A DNA stretch of 32,000 bases from Promethearchaeota archaeon (GCA_016933055.1 JAFGBS010000009.1:210001-242000); one strand, 5' to 3'. Shown: positions 17,631 to 27,366, counted from the first letter of the stretch. Numbers and translations: made by a program. The notes: generated from the sequence alone by a model not told the origin.

Positions 17631-19259
17631 CTATCGATATTTGTGTAATTCTGACAAATAATTTTGTTCCATACGATCATTTGCCAACCCTTTTAATTTT
17701 AGGGATGCAAACCCTTCCTTCATCAGTTTCTCTATTCCATCAATTTTGAATAGATTCATCTTCTCAATAGTGAATTCAAAATTACTCCGAATTTTCATGT
17801 CTTCCTCTATAATTTTAGAAAGTTTTTGGTTTAATTCCACAAAACCCTCACTTAATGGGCTAATTGAGAGATTTGGGTCTACAAAGCCAGGAAATGCAAA
17901 CACAATGCGTTCGTCTCCTCGTTTATTCTTTAGAAGACCTGCATATACTGGCATAAAAATCCGGATGACGGGCGTAGATATATTGGAAATTCTATCTTCC
18001 AATCCCCATTTTAAGATTAAATGTTTATCTTTTTCACAAGCTTCCATTTTCTTAGTGATAATGTTTTGTATCTCCTTGAGATTTTCCGTTAGTTTGACTT
18101 GTAATTGTTCTAATTCGGTTATTCGAGCCTCCTTTTCTTCCAAGAGCCTCTTAATTCGTGCATTTCGCTCAGAAAGATTTTTCTTAAGTTCAAATTCTTT
18201 ATCCTTATATTCATTCTGAATTCTTTTATCAATCGCTTCAATTTCTGTAGTTTTTTCTTGGATTTTTTGACGTAGTATTTCAATTTTTACTCCCAGATCA
18301 TGCTTGATTTTTTCGAGAATTTCCAAATGTTTCGCAGCAGAAAGGATCGCTCTATCAACAGGTTGCTTTTTAAAATAATCCGTATCTAAAAACATCTTCA
18401 ATCCTTGAGAACCATTTACAAAGAGCTCATTTAACGGGAAGAAAAATCCTCCCACTTTTTCTAAAATCGCTTTCTTCTCTTGTAAACTCACAATATCCAA
18501 ATGATTCCGTAATTGTTTGAGACTATTTTCCACACTTTCTGGGGTTATAGAATTTTGTTCCTTGGAGATTGCAGCCTTAAACCTTAATTCTTCATCTTTT
18601 GCTTGTACTCGGAGTTCTGTTGCCCATTCTTCAAAGGGTTTTGAAAGTAATAATTTTAAATCATTCCATCGAATTCTATTTCCATTAGTTTCCTTTACGT
18701 AAAATCGGAATAATTCTGATAATTCAAGTGTTTTTTCCACCGAGTATTTACTTTCCAATAGCGTATATTCAGCTAATGATTCTGTACGCATAAAACTGAT
18801 AAGTTTCGCTAAACCGTCAATTAATCTCGGGTTCATCATCCCTTCAATGAAAATATCCTTAAATTCTTCCGTTTCTTCTTCTTCAATTTCACCTAATTTA
18901 AATTTACGACCTCTTTCCGTGTATAATATTATGTCTTGAATGATATCTAAAATCTCATCTTGGGTGCGATTTTCAATATTTCGCAAAATATGCCCAATAA
19001 TTGCTTGTCGAGGCGGATTATTTATTTTTAAATTCATATTACAAATACCGACATCGTCAAATACAATATGAGTTGAAGAATCTCCTGATACTATAATTAA
19101 TGGCCACGCTAATCGAGAAAAACTGTCAAAGCTTTCATCTGCTTTTTTTTGGTCAAGCAGCATCTTAAACCCAATAACATAGTCACCAGGAGTATCTACT
19201 AACGGACCAGCACTGGATTTCATAAACGGAAGAAATTTTTGATTACCATGAATCGACAT
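17631..19259 (-). CDS. Hypothetical protein with a long central coiled coil
   Basis: 542-aa ORF with a heptad-rich K/E/L/I stretch at about residues 300-410, flanked by beta-rich segments (WPLIIV...HIVFD; RIFMPVYAG...RIVFAFPG). Confidence 0.75.
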   Translation of the reverse strand: MSIHGNQKFLPFMKSSAGPLVDTPGDYVIGFKMLLDQKKADESFDSFSRLAWPLIIVSGDSSTHIVFDDVGICNMNLKINNPPRQAIIGHILRNIENRTQDEILDIIQDIILYTERGRKFKLGEIEEEETEEFKDIFIEGMMNPRLIDGLAKLISFMRTESLAEYTLLESKYSVEKTLELSELFRFYVKETNGNRIRWNDLKLLLSKPFEEWATELRVQAKDEELRFKAAISKEQNSITPESVENSLKQLRNHLDIVSLQEKKAILEKVGGFFFPLNELFVNGSQGLKMFLDTDYFKKQPVDRAILSAAKHLEILEKIKHDLGVKIEILRQKIQEKTTEIEAIDKRIQNEYKDKEFELKKNLSERNARIKRLLEEKEARITELEQLQVKLTENLKEIQNIITKKMEACEKDKHLILKWGLEDRISNISTPVIRIFMPVYAGLLKNKRGDERIVFAFPGFVDPNLSISPLSEGFVELNQKLSKIIEEDMKIRSNFEFTIEKMNLFKIDGIEKLMKEGFASLKLKGLANDRMEQNYLSELHKYR

Positions 19260-19384
19260 TTTAACCTACTACTCCAGTTATTTTAGAATTATGAAAATCA
19301 CAGCTTAAAAAATTTTAAGGTTGTGATCTCAGTATCCCTTTGGATTGAAATAGAAAAAAGAAGGTAAATATTTAGTGATTATTG

Positions 19385-20188
19385 TTAAGATTGAAGTATA
19401 AAATTTGCTAGGGCGATCAATAACAATCCCAATAATATGATGAGAGGAGGTAAGAACGCTTGGATTAGAGCAGATCCTCCAAATTTAAGTAGTGGTTGCA
19501 CAGATCTACCCACATAGTATATAATAATTCCTAAACCATTTAACACCGAAGATTTTCGAATTATTCCTACGGACTTTGCAGCTAAATAAAAGAAAATACA
19601 AGGAAGTGCAAAGTTTAGAATAGGAAGTAGCACATAATTTAAATAGAACAAACCCACTGGATAACTGTCGCCAAATATAGGTGCTGGTTTGATAGTTACT
19701 GGAGGACTAATTCCCAATACATCCTGATAATATTTCGGATCCACAACATATTCGGGAGGTAACCATAATACCGAGGACGCTATCAGAATCACTATAGTAG
19801 GAAGAACATACGCCATTAATTTATGTAGAGTCGTTTCCTTTGTGAATAATAGTGTAGCGAGAATTCCTACCACCATAGATGCAGCTAACCACCCTGTAAA
19901 TGATGCAAAACGATATATCACAATTGGTAAATTTGATCCAGCTTCTATTTGAGTCAACCAGATTCCCATATAGAAGTCATATATAATGAACAATCCCCGA
20001 CTGATAGACAAAAACAAAAAGAATAAACTAAAATAAAACCAATACAACTTCTTCGTTTTCCGAAACCGAATGAACATGAAATAACAAAACATCAGGAACA
20101 AATATCCAATTATCACAAAAAATAATGCTAATGAAAGTGAATCGACTACGCTTAAAAATGGAACATCAAGTGGGATCTGCAAGATCAT
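19385..20188 (-). CDS. Seven-TM membrane protein of unknown function
   Basis: Seven hydrophobic segments. The start is probably the ATG at 20188 (MILQ), preceded by the SD-like AGGTGA; the track uses GTG 20197. Confidence 0.75.
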   Translation of the reverse strand: MILQIPLDVPFLSVVDSLSLALFFVIIGYLFLMFCYFMFIRFRKTKKLYWFYFSLFFLFLSISRGLFIIYDFYMGIWLTQIEAGSNLPIVIYRFASFTGWLAASMVVGILATLLFTKETTLHKLMAYVLPTIVILIASSVLWLPPEYVVDPKYYQDVLGISPPVTIKPAPIFGDSYPVGLFYLNYVLLPILNFALPCIFFYLAAKSVGIIRKSSVLNGLGIIIYYVGRSVQPLLKFGGSALIQAFLPPLIILLGLLLIALANFILQS

Positions 20189-20193
20189 TTTTT

Positions 20194-20199
20194 TCACCT
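20194..20199 (-). promoter_or_regulatory. Shine-Dalgarno-like site (AGGTGA)
   Basis: Minus strand reads ...AAAGTAGGTGAAAAAAATG; GGTGA is the archaeal SD core, 5 nt before the ATG at 20188. Confidence 0.5.
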
Positions 20200-20411
20200 A
20201 CTTTTTATTTATTTAATTTCCTTAACCATTATTTATCTTTATTTGCATTCTCGTCTATGGAATTCAATTAGAACCCAGTAATCGAAAATGATCGAACGAA
20301 ATAGTTTAAATTTCAAAATAAATATGCCTAATGCATATAGGGACTACTAAAACCAAACGTCTTTAGACCCGTATGATTATTCATTGAAATGGAAATCGGA
20401 GCCAAATCAGA

Positions 20412-23057
20412 TTGAAAAAAAAAATTCATCAATCCCTTATTGTTGTCGGTCTTTGTATCTTAATTATGGGGAATATTGTTCTAATCGGAACAAATCCAAA
20501 TCAATCCTTCCAGTCACCACGAAATGAAAAGCATCCCTCAACATCCACATTAGGAATAAATCTAAGCCCATTCTTTGCCCATCTAGAAGAGGATATGGAG
20601 TTATACCTTCAATTAAATGACAGTGTTGATGGGTATAATGAAGACTTTTTCCATCACGCCTTTACAAATAACGCTGGTTTTTCCATTACAGATTACACTC
20701 ATTATGCAAGTGACCTCATTTATTTTCTACTGGGTTTTAAAAATACTCTTGCGGATTTTGAAACAATCGATTATACAAACACTCCATTATGGGATTCTTC
20801 AGATGGAGGATTTTTCACATCCATGGATAGGACTTTAACAGCTATCTCTGAAGAAAAGACAGTATTTGATAATTTACTTTATATACTTGCTCTATTAGAG
20901 GGAACTGAATACCTTGGTAATCCCACAAATTTAGTGGGAAAGATCACTACTCAATGGAACGCTATAGTAAATGAATTCTGGGATGATACTAATAATGCTT
21001 TTGATCATTCTACAGAAATTCTTACCGAACGATATGCGAGTGATAATTTCTTAGGAGCTTTCGTGGCATTTTCCATAAGTAAATCCTCATTGTTTACTAA
21101 CACCTTTCGGAATCAAGTTAAACAGTATGGGTTAGATATAATGACAGGATTTGCAAGTTCTATGTATGATAGTGTCAGTGGAAGGGAAAGTTTTTATAAT
21201 ACCAGCGATTTGACAAATGTTGCGACTTCAGATTACAAATATCTTTATTCCAATGCCTTAGGTATACTTGCTTTATTGGAATACAATATCCAAAATGGAT
21301 ATGAAAAAAATTCTATCGAAGTTCAACAAGCAGAATATATTTGGAGATTTCTAAATCAGAAGTTCTTCAATTCTACTTATAATATGTATATGACGGAAAC
21401 CAATTTTAATGGTAATATTCTACGCGATTGGGATTTATATCTTCTTGAAAATGCTTGGATGATGAAATCAACTCTGAACTTATTCAAACACACTGGTAAT
21501 ACGACCTATTACGACAAAGCTATGGAATTATTCAATGGTATTGAACACAATATCTATGATTCAGTAAATGGTGGATACAATACTTTAATCGGTTCTTCTG
21601 TGAAAACTTTGGATAGCTATAGTATGCTCTTGTACACATTACAGGACTTCTATAATATTTTCACTCAATCGGAGATCAATGTGGTTCTAAACCAAACCGA
21701 ATATATCTATCAAATTGATGAAGTATTGAACTTCACCTTATCTTATAACATAACGATGGAATTTTCATATCCTGCTGTAGGTGAGTCATGGACAATTTCA
21801 GCACCCATCGAAAATGCTAGTATAAAATATATATTGCGCTATGCAGAAAATAATACCATCATCAGCATTAATACAAGTACTACAAATGCGTATGGTCAAC
21901 ATCTATTTTTGTATGATATCACCAATTTAACCTCCCTATATGATTACAAATTAAATATTTTATGCAATCGAACCGGATTTAATGCGGGAACTACTGTATT
22001 CCAGTTGCCATTATCCTCTGGTATTGATATTACGAAAATAACTCCCTTGTTTGATATCTTGCATCAAGGAGAAAGTGCTTTGATAAATATCACCTACACC
22101 AGCTCTCGTCCAGATGATATTGATGCAATAACAACTACTTCTGGAGAAAATTTCGTAGAACAATCCAGTACCAGACACATCATAAAACGTGAAGATGAAA
22201 TCGAGGGAAAAATAGAAAGTTCGATCATAACCAATATCACTGTTCGTGGAAATGCGGAATTGGGAAATCAATTCTTAGAAATTATTGTATTAAATAACAT
22301 TTCGGAAAGCATTTATTTGGAAAAATATGAATTAGAAATCTATTCTACGATCGAAGTAGTGTCGATTTTGGTGGATCAATATCTTGTAGCGTTTAGTTCG
22401 GTTGATGTGATACTGACTCTGCGGAATCATCGTAGACTAGAAAATGAATCCTTAAATATTGAAATAAACGGTTCTGCATTTGTGTATTCGAATTTTTCGG
22501 TTCAAGATATTGCCCCTCAATCCGTTAAAAATATCGTGTTATCCCTTACCCCTAATGAGAACACCAAAATGGGACCCTTACATTTTATGCTGACTATCTG
22601 GAGATTTAGTATTAATATTTATTCTCAGGAATTTACCATTAATGCCGTTCCTGAGGTAGATATTTTAGAAATCAATTCGGACAATTTGAAAGTCATTCAA
22701 GGGCAATCACCCACAGTAACTATACGGCTTTTTAACTACAACGAGTCTGTTAAACAAATACGAGTTACTTCAAATGGGAATGAAGTCTTAAACAGAGTCG
22801 TCCCGACTGGAGAATCACTCATACAAGTAAATATGGCTAAACCTATCCGTAATCCCTATAACATTGGAGAATTAATATATGAATTAAACATTTATGATAG
22901 TTTAGGAAATTTGCTTGCGACAAAAGTAATCACGGTAGACATAAAACCATCTCCTCTAAATATATTCCTATTTTATGTACTACCTATTCTCATACCCATT
23001 GGAGTAGTGGTCTACTTCAAATACAAGGAATCAGAACAAAATAAACGAATGAAATAA
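20412..23057 (+). CDS. Large secreted, membrane-anchored protein: (alpha/alpha)6-barrel glycosidase-like region + Ig-like beta-sandwich domains + C-terminal TM
   Basis: N-term signal/TM; recurrent W/Y-D-x-x-x-G-G-F/Y motifs (WDSSDGGFF, IYDSVNGGY); LLENAWMM...LFKHTGNTTYYDKA resembles AGE/YyaL/GH76-type barrels; beta-rich C-half; C-term TM FLFYVLPILIPIGVVVYF; many NxS/T sequons. Confidence 0.7.
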   Translation: MKKKIHQSLIVVGLCILIMGNIVLIGTNPNQSFQSPRNEKHPSTSTLGINLSPFFAHLEEDMELYLQLNDSVDGYNEDFFHHAFTNNAGFSITDYTHYASDLIYFLLGFKNTLADFETIDYTNTPLWDSSDGGFFTSMDRTLTAISEEKTVFDNLLYILALLEGTEYLGNPTNLVGKITTQWNAIVNEFWDDTNNAFDHSTEILTERYASDNFLGAFVAFSISKSSLFTNTFRNQVKQYGLDIMTGFASSMYDSVSGRESFYNTSDLTNVATSDYKYLYSNALGILALLEYNIQNGYEKNSIEVQQAEYIWRFLNQKFFNSTYNMYMTETNFNGNILRDWDLYLLENAWMMKSTLNLFKHTGNTTYYDKAMELFNGIEHNIYDSVNGGYNTLIGSSVKTLDSYSMLLYTLQDFYNIFTQSEINVVLNQTEYIYQIDEVLNFTLSYNITMEFSYPAVGESWTISAPIENASIKYILRYAENNTIISINTSTTNAYGQHLFLYDITNLTSLYDYKLNILCNRTGFNAGTTVFQLPLSSGIDITKITPLFDILHQGESALINITYTSSRPDDIDAITTTSGENFVEQSSTRHIIKREDEIEGKIESSIITNITVRGNAELGNQFLEIIVLNNISESIYLEKYELEIYSTIEVVSILVDQYLVAFSSVDVILTLRNHRRLENESLNIEINGSAFVYSNFSVQDIAPQSVKNIVLSLTPNENTKMGPLHFMLTIWRFSINIYSQEFTINAVPEVDILEINSDNLKVIQGQSPTVTIRLFNYNESVKQIRVTSNGNEVLNRVVPTGESLIQVNMAKPIRNPYNIGELIYELNIYDSLGNLLATKVITVDIKPSPLNIFLFYVLPILIPIGVVVYFKYKESEQNKRMK

Positions 23058-23071
23058 AAAAGTGATTTAAT

Positions 23072-24763
23072 ATGAATAAGAAAAGGATCGCCTACATCTT
23101 TCTTTTAGTTGGATTATTAGGCTTAATCGGTAGTGTCTGGGGAATACCATGCATTAATCAAATCTCAGGTTCAAATATTAATAATCCCTCATATGCAGAA
23201 TTATCAAATTCTACTATAATTTATACCCATGAAGTTGATCGAGTTATTGAACCATTTGAAGTATCCGTTAATTTATCATCTACTTATCCTGATGCGACCA
23301 AGGTTGAAATGACCATTTATTATTCTAATGCAACGGATATAAATTATACTCTCACTGAAGTTTCTAATATTTGGAGCTATTCCCTTTATTTTGAACCGAA
23401 TGCCCCGCTAGGACAACAATCCTTTCAGTTGTTTGTATATGAGGGAGTAATCTTGTCGGATCAAAGCTACATTCAATTCTTTGAAATAAAAAATAGTGCT
23501 CCTAAAATAGGAATCTCATTATCCCATTCAGAAATTTATAGGAATGAGACATTATTCTTCAATGTCACCCCAATGGATGCAGAAGATTCGTTCTCAACCC
23601 TAACGTGGTCTTGGCAAATATTGTATCAAAGTCTGGTAATCAATTCCTCAGCGGGAAATAAACAAATTTCAGATCTTAGTCACTTCTTTCCATCAACACT
23701 TGCGAATAATCGTCTAGGAGAATATTCCTTAAAAGGTACGATATCCGACTCAGATGGTGCAATAACCACGAATACAGTGAATTTTACAGTTTTAAATAAT
23801 GCACCAATCATTACCGCCTATAATATCACCTTTCTAAATAATGAATCCCAAATCTTACGAGATACCGAACATTTTAATTTGAAAGTCAATGTTTCTGACG
23901 TTGAAGTCGCACCTAACAATATATTTTTGAAAATTCACTTGTATGGACCCTCGGATACATTTATTGATCGATCTGGTAGAATGACTCGTAGTTCTCCTTG
24001 GAATTTTGATGGAAATATCAGTTTACCTTTATCAGTTCCAACTGGTCAATACACCGGTGAGATTATAGCATACGAGACCATAAATGATATAGAATATAAT
24101 ACTAGTACTTCATTTACATTTTCTTTGTTGAACAACATTCCCAATGCTTCTGCTATCAGTTTTACATTAAATGATAGAATTCCTACGGGTAGTGGATTAC
24201 GTTTTAAAGAGTTTGAGAAAATCACTTTCAAAATTAACGTAACAGATGTTGATCCTGAGGGTATTGAGATAATTCAAATATTATTAATCCCTATCCCTGG
24301 AGAAGAAGAATTGTTTTTTTCATTCAGAAATCCAGAAAATGATGTTTTGGAATTCACAATCTACGCTAAAGACTTGCCGTATGGTCAGTGGGTCACATGG
24401 ATTTATGTGATTGATTCTGATGGCGAGAGAATCCAAAGTGCTGTATCCTATTCTTTTGATATCATTCAAGATCGTTTTCCCAAAATTCTCCCGTGGATAA
24501 TGCTGTTAGTAGGAGCAGTGGTTGCTTTTGGAATAGCTATGGCTTTCCTAGGAACTCGGTATATTTCTCTACGTCGAGATTTTGATAACTTACTTTCCCG
24601 TTCGGGAGAATACAAAAAATCAGAATCCGTACCAAAAAAAGTGGAACCAGAAACTCCCTCTCCTAAAAAAGAACAATCAAAAACCGCTGATAAATCCTCG
24701 GTCACAATAAAGAAATCCCCTACTAAAAAGCATAAATTATTTCGAGAGATTAAGAAAAAATAA
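23072..24763 (+). CDS. Cell-surface type I membrane protein with tandem Ig/cadherin-like repeats
   Basis: Signal peptide; repeat-boundary motifs NSAPKI, NNAPII, NNIPNA; DxD-type motifs DAED, DSDG, DVDPEG; C-term TM plus a Lys/Ser/Pro-rich tail. Confidence 0.7.
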   Translation: MNKKRIAYIFLLVGLLGLIGSVWGIPCINQISGSNINNPSYAELSNSTIIYTHEVDRVIEPFEVSVNLSSTYPDATKVEMTIYYSNATDINYTLTEVSNIWSYSLYFEPNAPLGQQSFQLFVYEGVILSDQSYIQFFEIKNSAPKIGISLSHSEIYRNETLFFNVTPMDAEDSFSTLTWSWQILYQSLVINSSAGNKQISDLSHFFPSTLANNRLGEYSLKGTISDSDGAITTNTVNFTVLNNAPIITAYNITFLNNESQILRDTEHFNLKVNVSDVEVAPNNIFLKIHLYGPSDTFIDRSGRMTRSSPWNFDGNISLPLSVPTGQYTGEIIAYETINDIEYNTSTSFTFSLLNNIPNASAISFTLNDRIPTGSGLRFKEFEKITFKINVTDVDPEGIEIIQILLIPIPGEEELFFSFRNPENDVLEFTIYAKDLPYGQWVTWIYVIDSDGERIQSAVSYSFDIIQDRFPKILPWIMLLVGAVVAFGIAMAFLGTRYISLRRDFDNLLSRSGEYKKSESVPKKVEPETPSPKKEQSKTADKSSVTIKKSPTKKHKLFREIKKK

Positions 24764-24778
24764 ATTTTTTTCCCAATT

Positions 24779-25699
24779 TTACGATAGGATTTTCTTTAAA
24801 TCAAAAATGATTTTTCCTAATTTTCCCCCGTAATTTCCTGCGCTAATCTTTACTACGGATGGATTGGTGCATAAACTAGTAATTCCCTCTTTCATAGCAA
24901 GTTCTACCCGCTTTTGGGTAAAGCCGTTGATGATGAACTCATATCCTGTTTGTGCAGTACTTGGGACATTGCTATTGTCAATTTGATCCCGTAATACTGG
25001 GGAAAGGATTTCGTTGGTTGAAGCAGAAAGAAACTTGTATTTTGAACCAACTTTACTCGGACTTCGAACGAATCCGCCTGGAAAAGGTAACACAATTCCT
25101 TCTATATCGTTCATTTTGGTAACTGCTTGTTGACATGCAGTAATTATTTCAGATGTGTTATTTGAGAACACCAAAAAATTCCCTCCTGCAATAATTTTGG
25201 TCACTTTAAAGGACTCTTGAATAGTAAAATACCCGTCCATCATCGGTATTTTCCATAGAGGTAGAAACTCACCTTTCCATTTTAGTTCGTTCTTTTGTTC
25301 AAAACCATCACCAAAAAACTTAAGTTTATAGCCAGTTTTAACCGAAAATGTTTTATCGTTTAAGACATCTTCTGGAAACCAATCAAAACAAGCAGTACTA
25401 GCACTGGTTAGAACGCATTGTCCTATCCGATTTAATAACACCTCGTCAACTTTCTCTTTTTTTTGAATACAGAATATTACAGACACTCCAGGGCGATGAT
25501 CGGGTGTTTCAGTGGAGTCATAGACTTTATCGATTCCAGCTTCGCAATCACAATGGATAGTGGATGTTGCGTAACCCGTAACATTTGCAGCAGCGACTTT
25601 CGCTAATTCTATACTATCCGCTGTTATTAGAATTCGTGAACCATACAGACGAAATCCCTCCGCATAGGTTTCCTCAATTTCAACGTGATTTAGTATCAT
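24779..25699 (-). CDS. ftr: Formylmethanofuran--tetrahydromethanopterin N-formyltransferase
   Basis: IEETYAEGF, IHCDCEAGID, RIGQCVLTS, IAGGNFL, LPFPGGFVRSPSKVGSKYKFLSASTN, ISAGNYGGKLG. Confidence 0.95.
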   Translation of the reverse strand: MILNHVEIEETYAEGFRLYGSRILITADSIELAKVAAANVTGYATSTIHCDCEAGIDKVYDSTETPDHRPGVSVIFCIQKKEKVDEVLLNRIGQCVLTSASTACFDWFPEDVLNDKTFSVKTGYKLKFFGDGFEQKNELKWKGEFLPLWKIPMMDGYFTIQESFKVTKIIAGGNFLVFSNNTSEIITACQQAVTKMNDIEGIVLPFPGGFVRSPSKVGSKYKFLSASTNEILSPVLRDQIDNSNVPSTAQTGYEFIINGFTQKRVELAMKEGITSLCTNPSVVKISAGNYGGKLGKIIFDLKKILS

Positions 25700-25828
25700 A
25701 TTGGTAACTTGCCTAATTTTTTTTAAATAAACACAAAATATTACCTAATTTAAATAATCCATCACTAAGTTGAGAGGATAGAATTAAAAAACTATCTTTA
25801 TACTCCCTTGAATAATTAAGCTAGTATA

Positions 25829-26323
25829 ATGAAATGGTATTTAATTTTAATAATAGTTCTGGGTAGTCTCGGAATTGGATTTTATGTGTTTCTAAGAATT
25901 GTAGATTTGATTTTCGGGGGAAAACCAACAAACTTAGGTTTACAATCTGGAAAGTTATCTCCGATGAAAAAAACTCCCAAAGGCGTAAATAGCTACACAG
26001 ACTATGAACCGCAGAAAATGGCTGCTTTTCCCTACAAAGGAACCAAGGAAACAGCCGTTAAAATGATGGTGAATGTTCTTAAAAATTTAAAAACATCTCC
26101 CCGCATCACCTTTTATGAAATAAATCTGGAAAAAGGTTATATTTGGGCTCGCGATATATCTTTGTTCATGCGCTGGAAAGATGATATAGAGTTCTACTTT
26201 GATGATGATCATATGGTACAATTTAGAAGCTCACCTAGGTATGGGACCTACGATTGGGGTTTTAATCGAAAACGTATGGAATTAATACGGGATGAATTTT
26301 TAAAACAACAATCGACCTATTGA
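25829..26323 (+). CDS. DUF1499 domain protein with N-terminal TM
   Basis: KPTNLGLQSGKLSP, WKDDIEFYFD, VQFRSSPRYGTYDWGFNRKRMELIR match the DUF1499 pattern (VDDVEF...RSASRxGxSDLGVNRxR). Confidence 0.8.
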   Translation: MKWYLILIIVLGSLGIGFYVFLRIVDLIFGGKPTNLGLQSGKLSPMKKTPKGVNSYTDYEPQKMAAFPYKGTKETAVKMMVNVLKNLKTSPRITFYEINLEKGYIWARDISLFMRWKDDIEFYFDDDHMVQFRSSPRYGTYDWGFNRKRMELIRDEFLKQQSTY

Positions 26324-26409
26324 GGTAGGAATTTGAATTTTTCTGAGATTAAATTTTTAGGAACTACTAATCAATAATATAATCAATAATTCACTTGAGT
26401 TGAAGAATC

Positions 26410-27366
26410 ATTAAAACCCTCCTTTTCGGTCCCGCAAATGCGGGAAAAACCTCATTAATGCGCAGAGCCTGTCTAGGCTATGCCTTCACCAAAGTATCAG
26501 ACTTAAAACCAACTAAAGGAATTTCCCGGGAGAATTTCATTTTTCGGGGGTTGTTAGAAATCACAATATGGGATTCTGGAGGACAGGAAACATACTTGGA
26601 AAAATATTTCACCGACCAAAAAGATGCGGTTTTTTCTGAAGTAGAGATACCTATTTTCATGGTAGATTCAATTGTCACCGATTCTCGAGTAAAGGAGATA
26701 TTTGATGCTTTTCTGGAAGCTCTCTTGGAATTCTCTCCCCAGACCTTAAACATTTATGTGTTTCTCAATAAAATTGATCTAGAAGAATCCCAAGAAGATG
26801 AAGTCTACAGCATCTTAACTAAGGGTCTGGATAAAACTATATTGGAAAAATGTAAATTCACTCCCGTTTCCGTAAAAACCGGTTCTGCTCAACACCGCCT
26901 TATTGAAATTCTTGATACTCACATCCAAAAATCCCAATTAGAAACCCACAGATTAAATGAAATACGAACCACGCTAGAAAAACTCAAATCTCGATTACAC
27001 TATGAATTATTTTTATTTAATTTACCGGATGGATTGGTTATTTCTTCCACTTTGGGAGAGTTTGAAGTGGAACCATTGAAATACATGAAATTGGAACTAG
27101 GTTCTTTGGAGTCTAATGTACATTCTGTGTTTTCCGAGATTCTCAAAATGAGATCAGGGAAGATGGTTCCCATAGATCTTTCCCTATTGGTGTATGAATC
27201 CCCTACCCATCTTGTTCTCGTCAAAGATTTTATGGAAACAGCGGTGTTAGTATTCTTTAGTGATGCCAAAAATTACGCCAGTATATCTGAAATTTTAAAA
27301 CTATTTACATCAAACAATGAGGATTTGGAATATTTGCGAAAGCTGTTGAAAGTTCGACGATTCTAA
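26410..27366 (+). CDS. Rag/Gtr1-like small GTPase with C-terminal roadblock-like domain
   Basis: The frame upstream of ATG 26458 reads IKTLLFGPANAGKTSL (G1 at 26428-26451). Then PTKG (G2), IWDSGGQETYLEKYFTDQKDAVF (RagA-like G3 region), FLNKID (G4), and a C-term DGLVISS roadblock-like segment. True start uncertain (ATT 26410 or ATC 26407). Confidence 0.85.
   Translation: MKTLLFGPANAGKTSLMRRACLGYAFTKVSDLKPTKGISRENFIFRGLLEITIWDSGGQETYLEKYFTDQKDAVFSEVEIPIFMVDSIVTDSRVKEIFDAFLEALLEFSPQTLNIYVFLNKIDLEESQEDEVYSILTKGLDKTILEKCKFTPVSVKTGSAQHRLIEILDTHIQKSQLETHRLNEIRTTLEKLKSRLHYELFLFNLPDGLVISSTLGEFEVEPLKYMKLELGSLESNVHSVFSEILKMRSGKMVPIDLSLLVYESPTHLVLVKDFMETAVLVFFSDAKNYASISEILKLFTSNNEDLEYLRKLLKVRRF

Noticed and set aside
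24779-25699. ftr isolated from other Wood-Ljungdahl/H4MPT genes
   Set aside because: The H4MPT-linked pathway is known in Lokiarchaeia, and scattered genes are common in archaea.
25950-26000. DUF1499 protein lacks the Cys pair of the usual CPxSPNC motif
   Set aside because: Loss of a probable disulfide in an anaerobe's protein of unknown function is unremarkable.
26395-26403. Selenocysteine at the TGA in TTG-AGT-TGA
   Set aside because: Lokiarchaeota are reported to use Sec, but position 3 of a GTPase is not a plausible Sec site, I can identify no SECIS, and apt abuts the 3' end. A non-canonical start or an indel is simpler.
26458-27366. Reading the 302-aa ORF as a naturally P-loop-less pseudo-GTPase
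   Set aside because: An intact G1 (GPANAGKTS) is encoded in frame immediately upstream.
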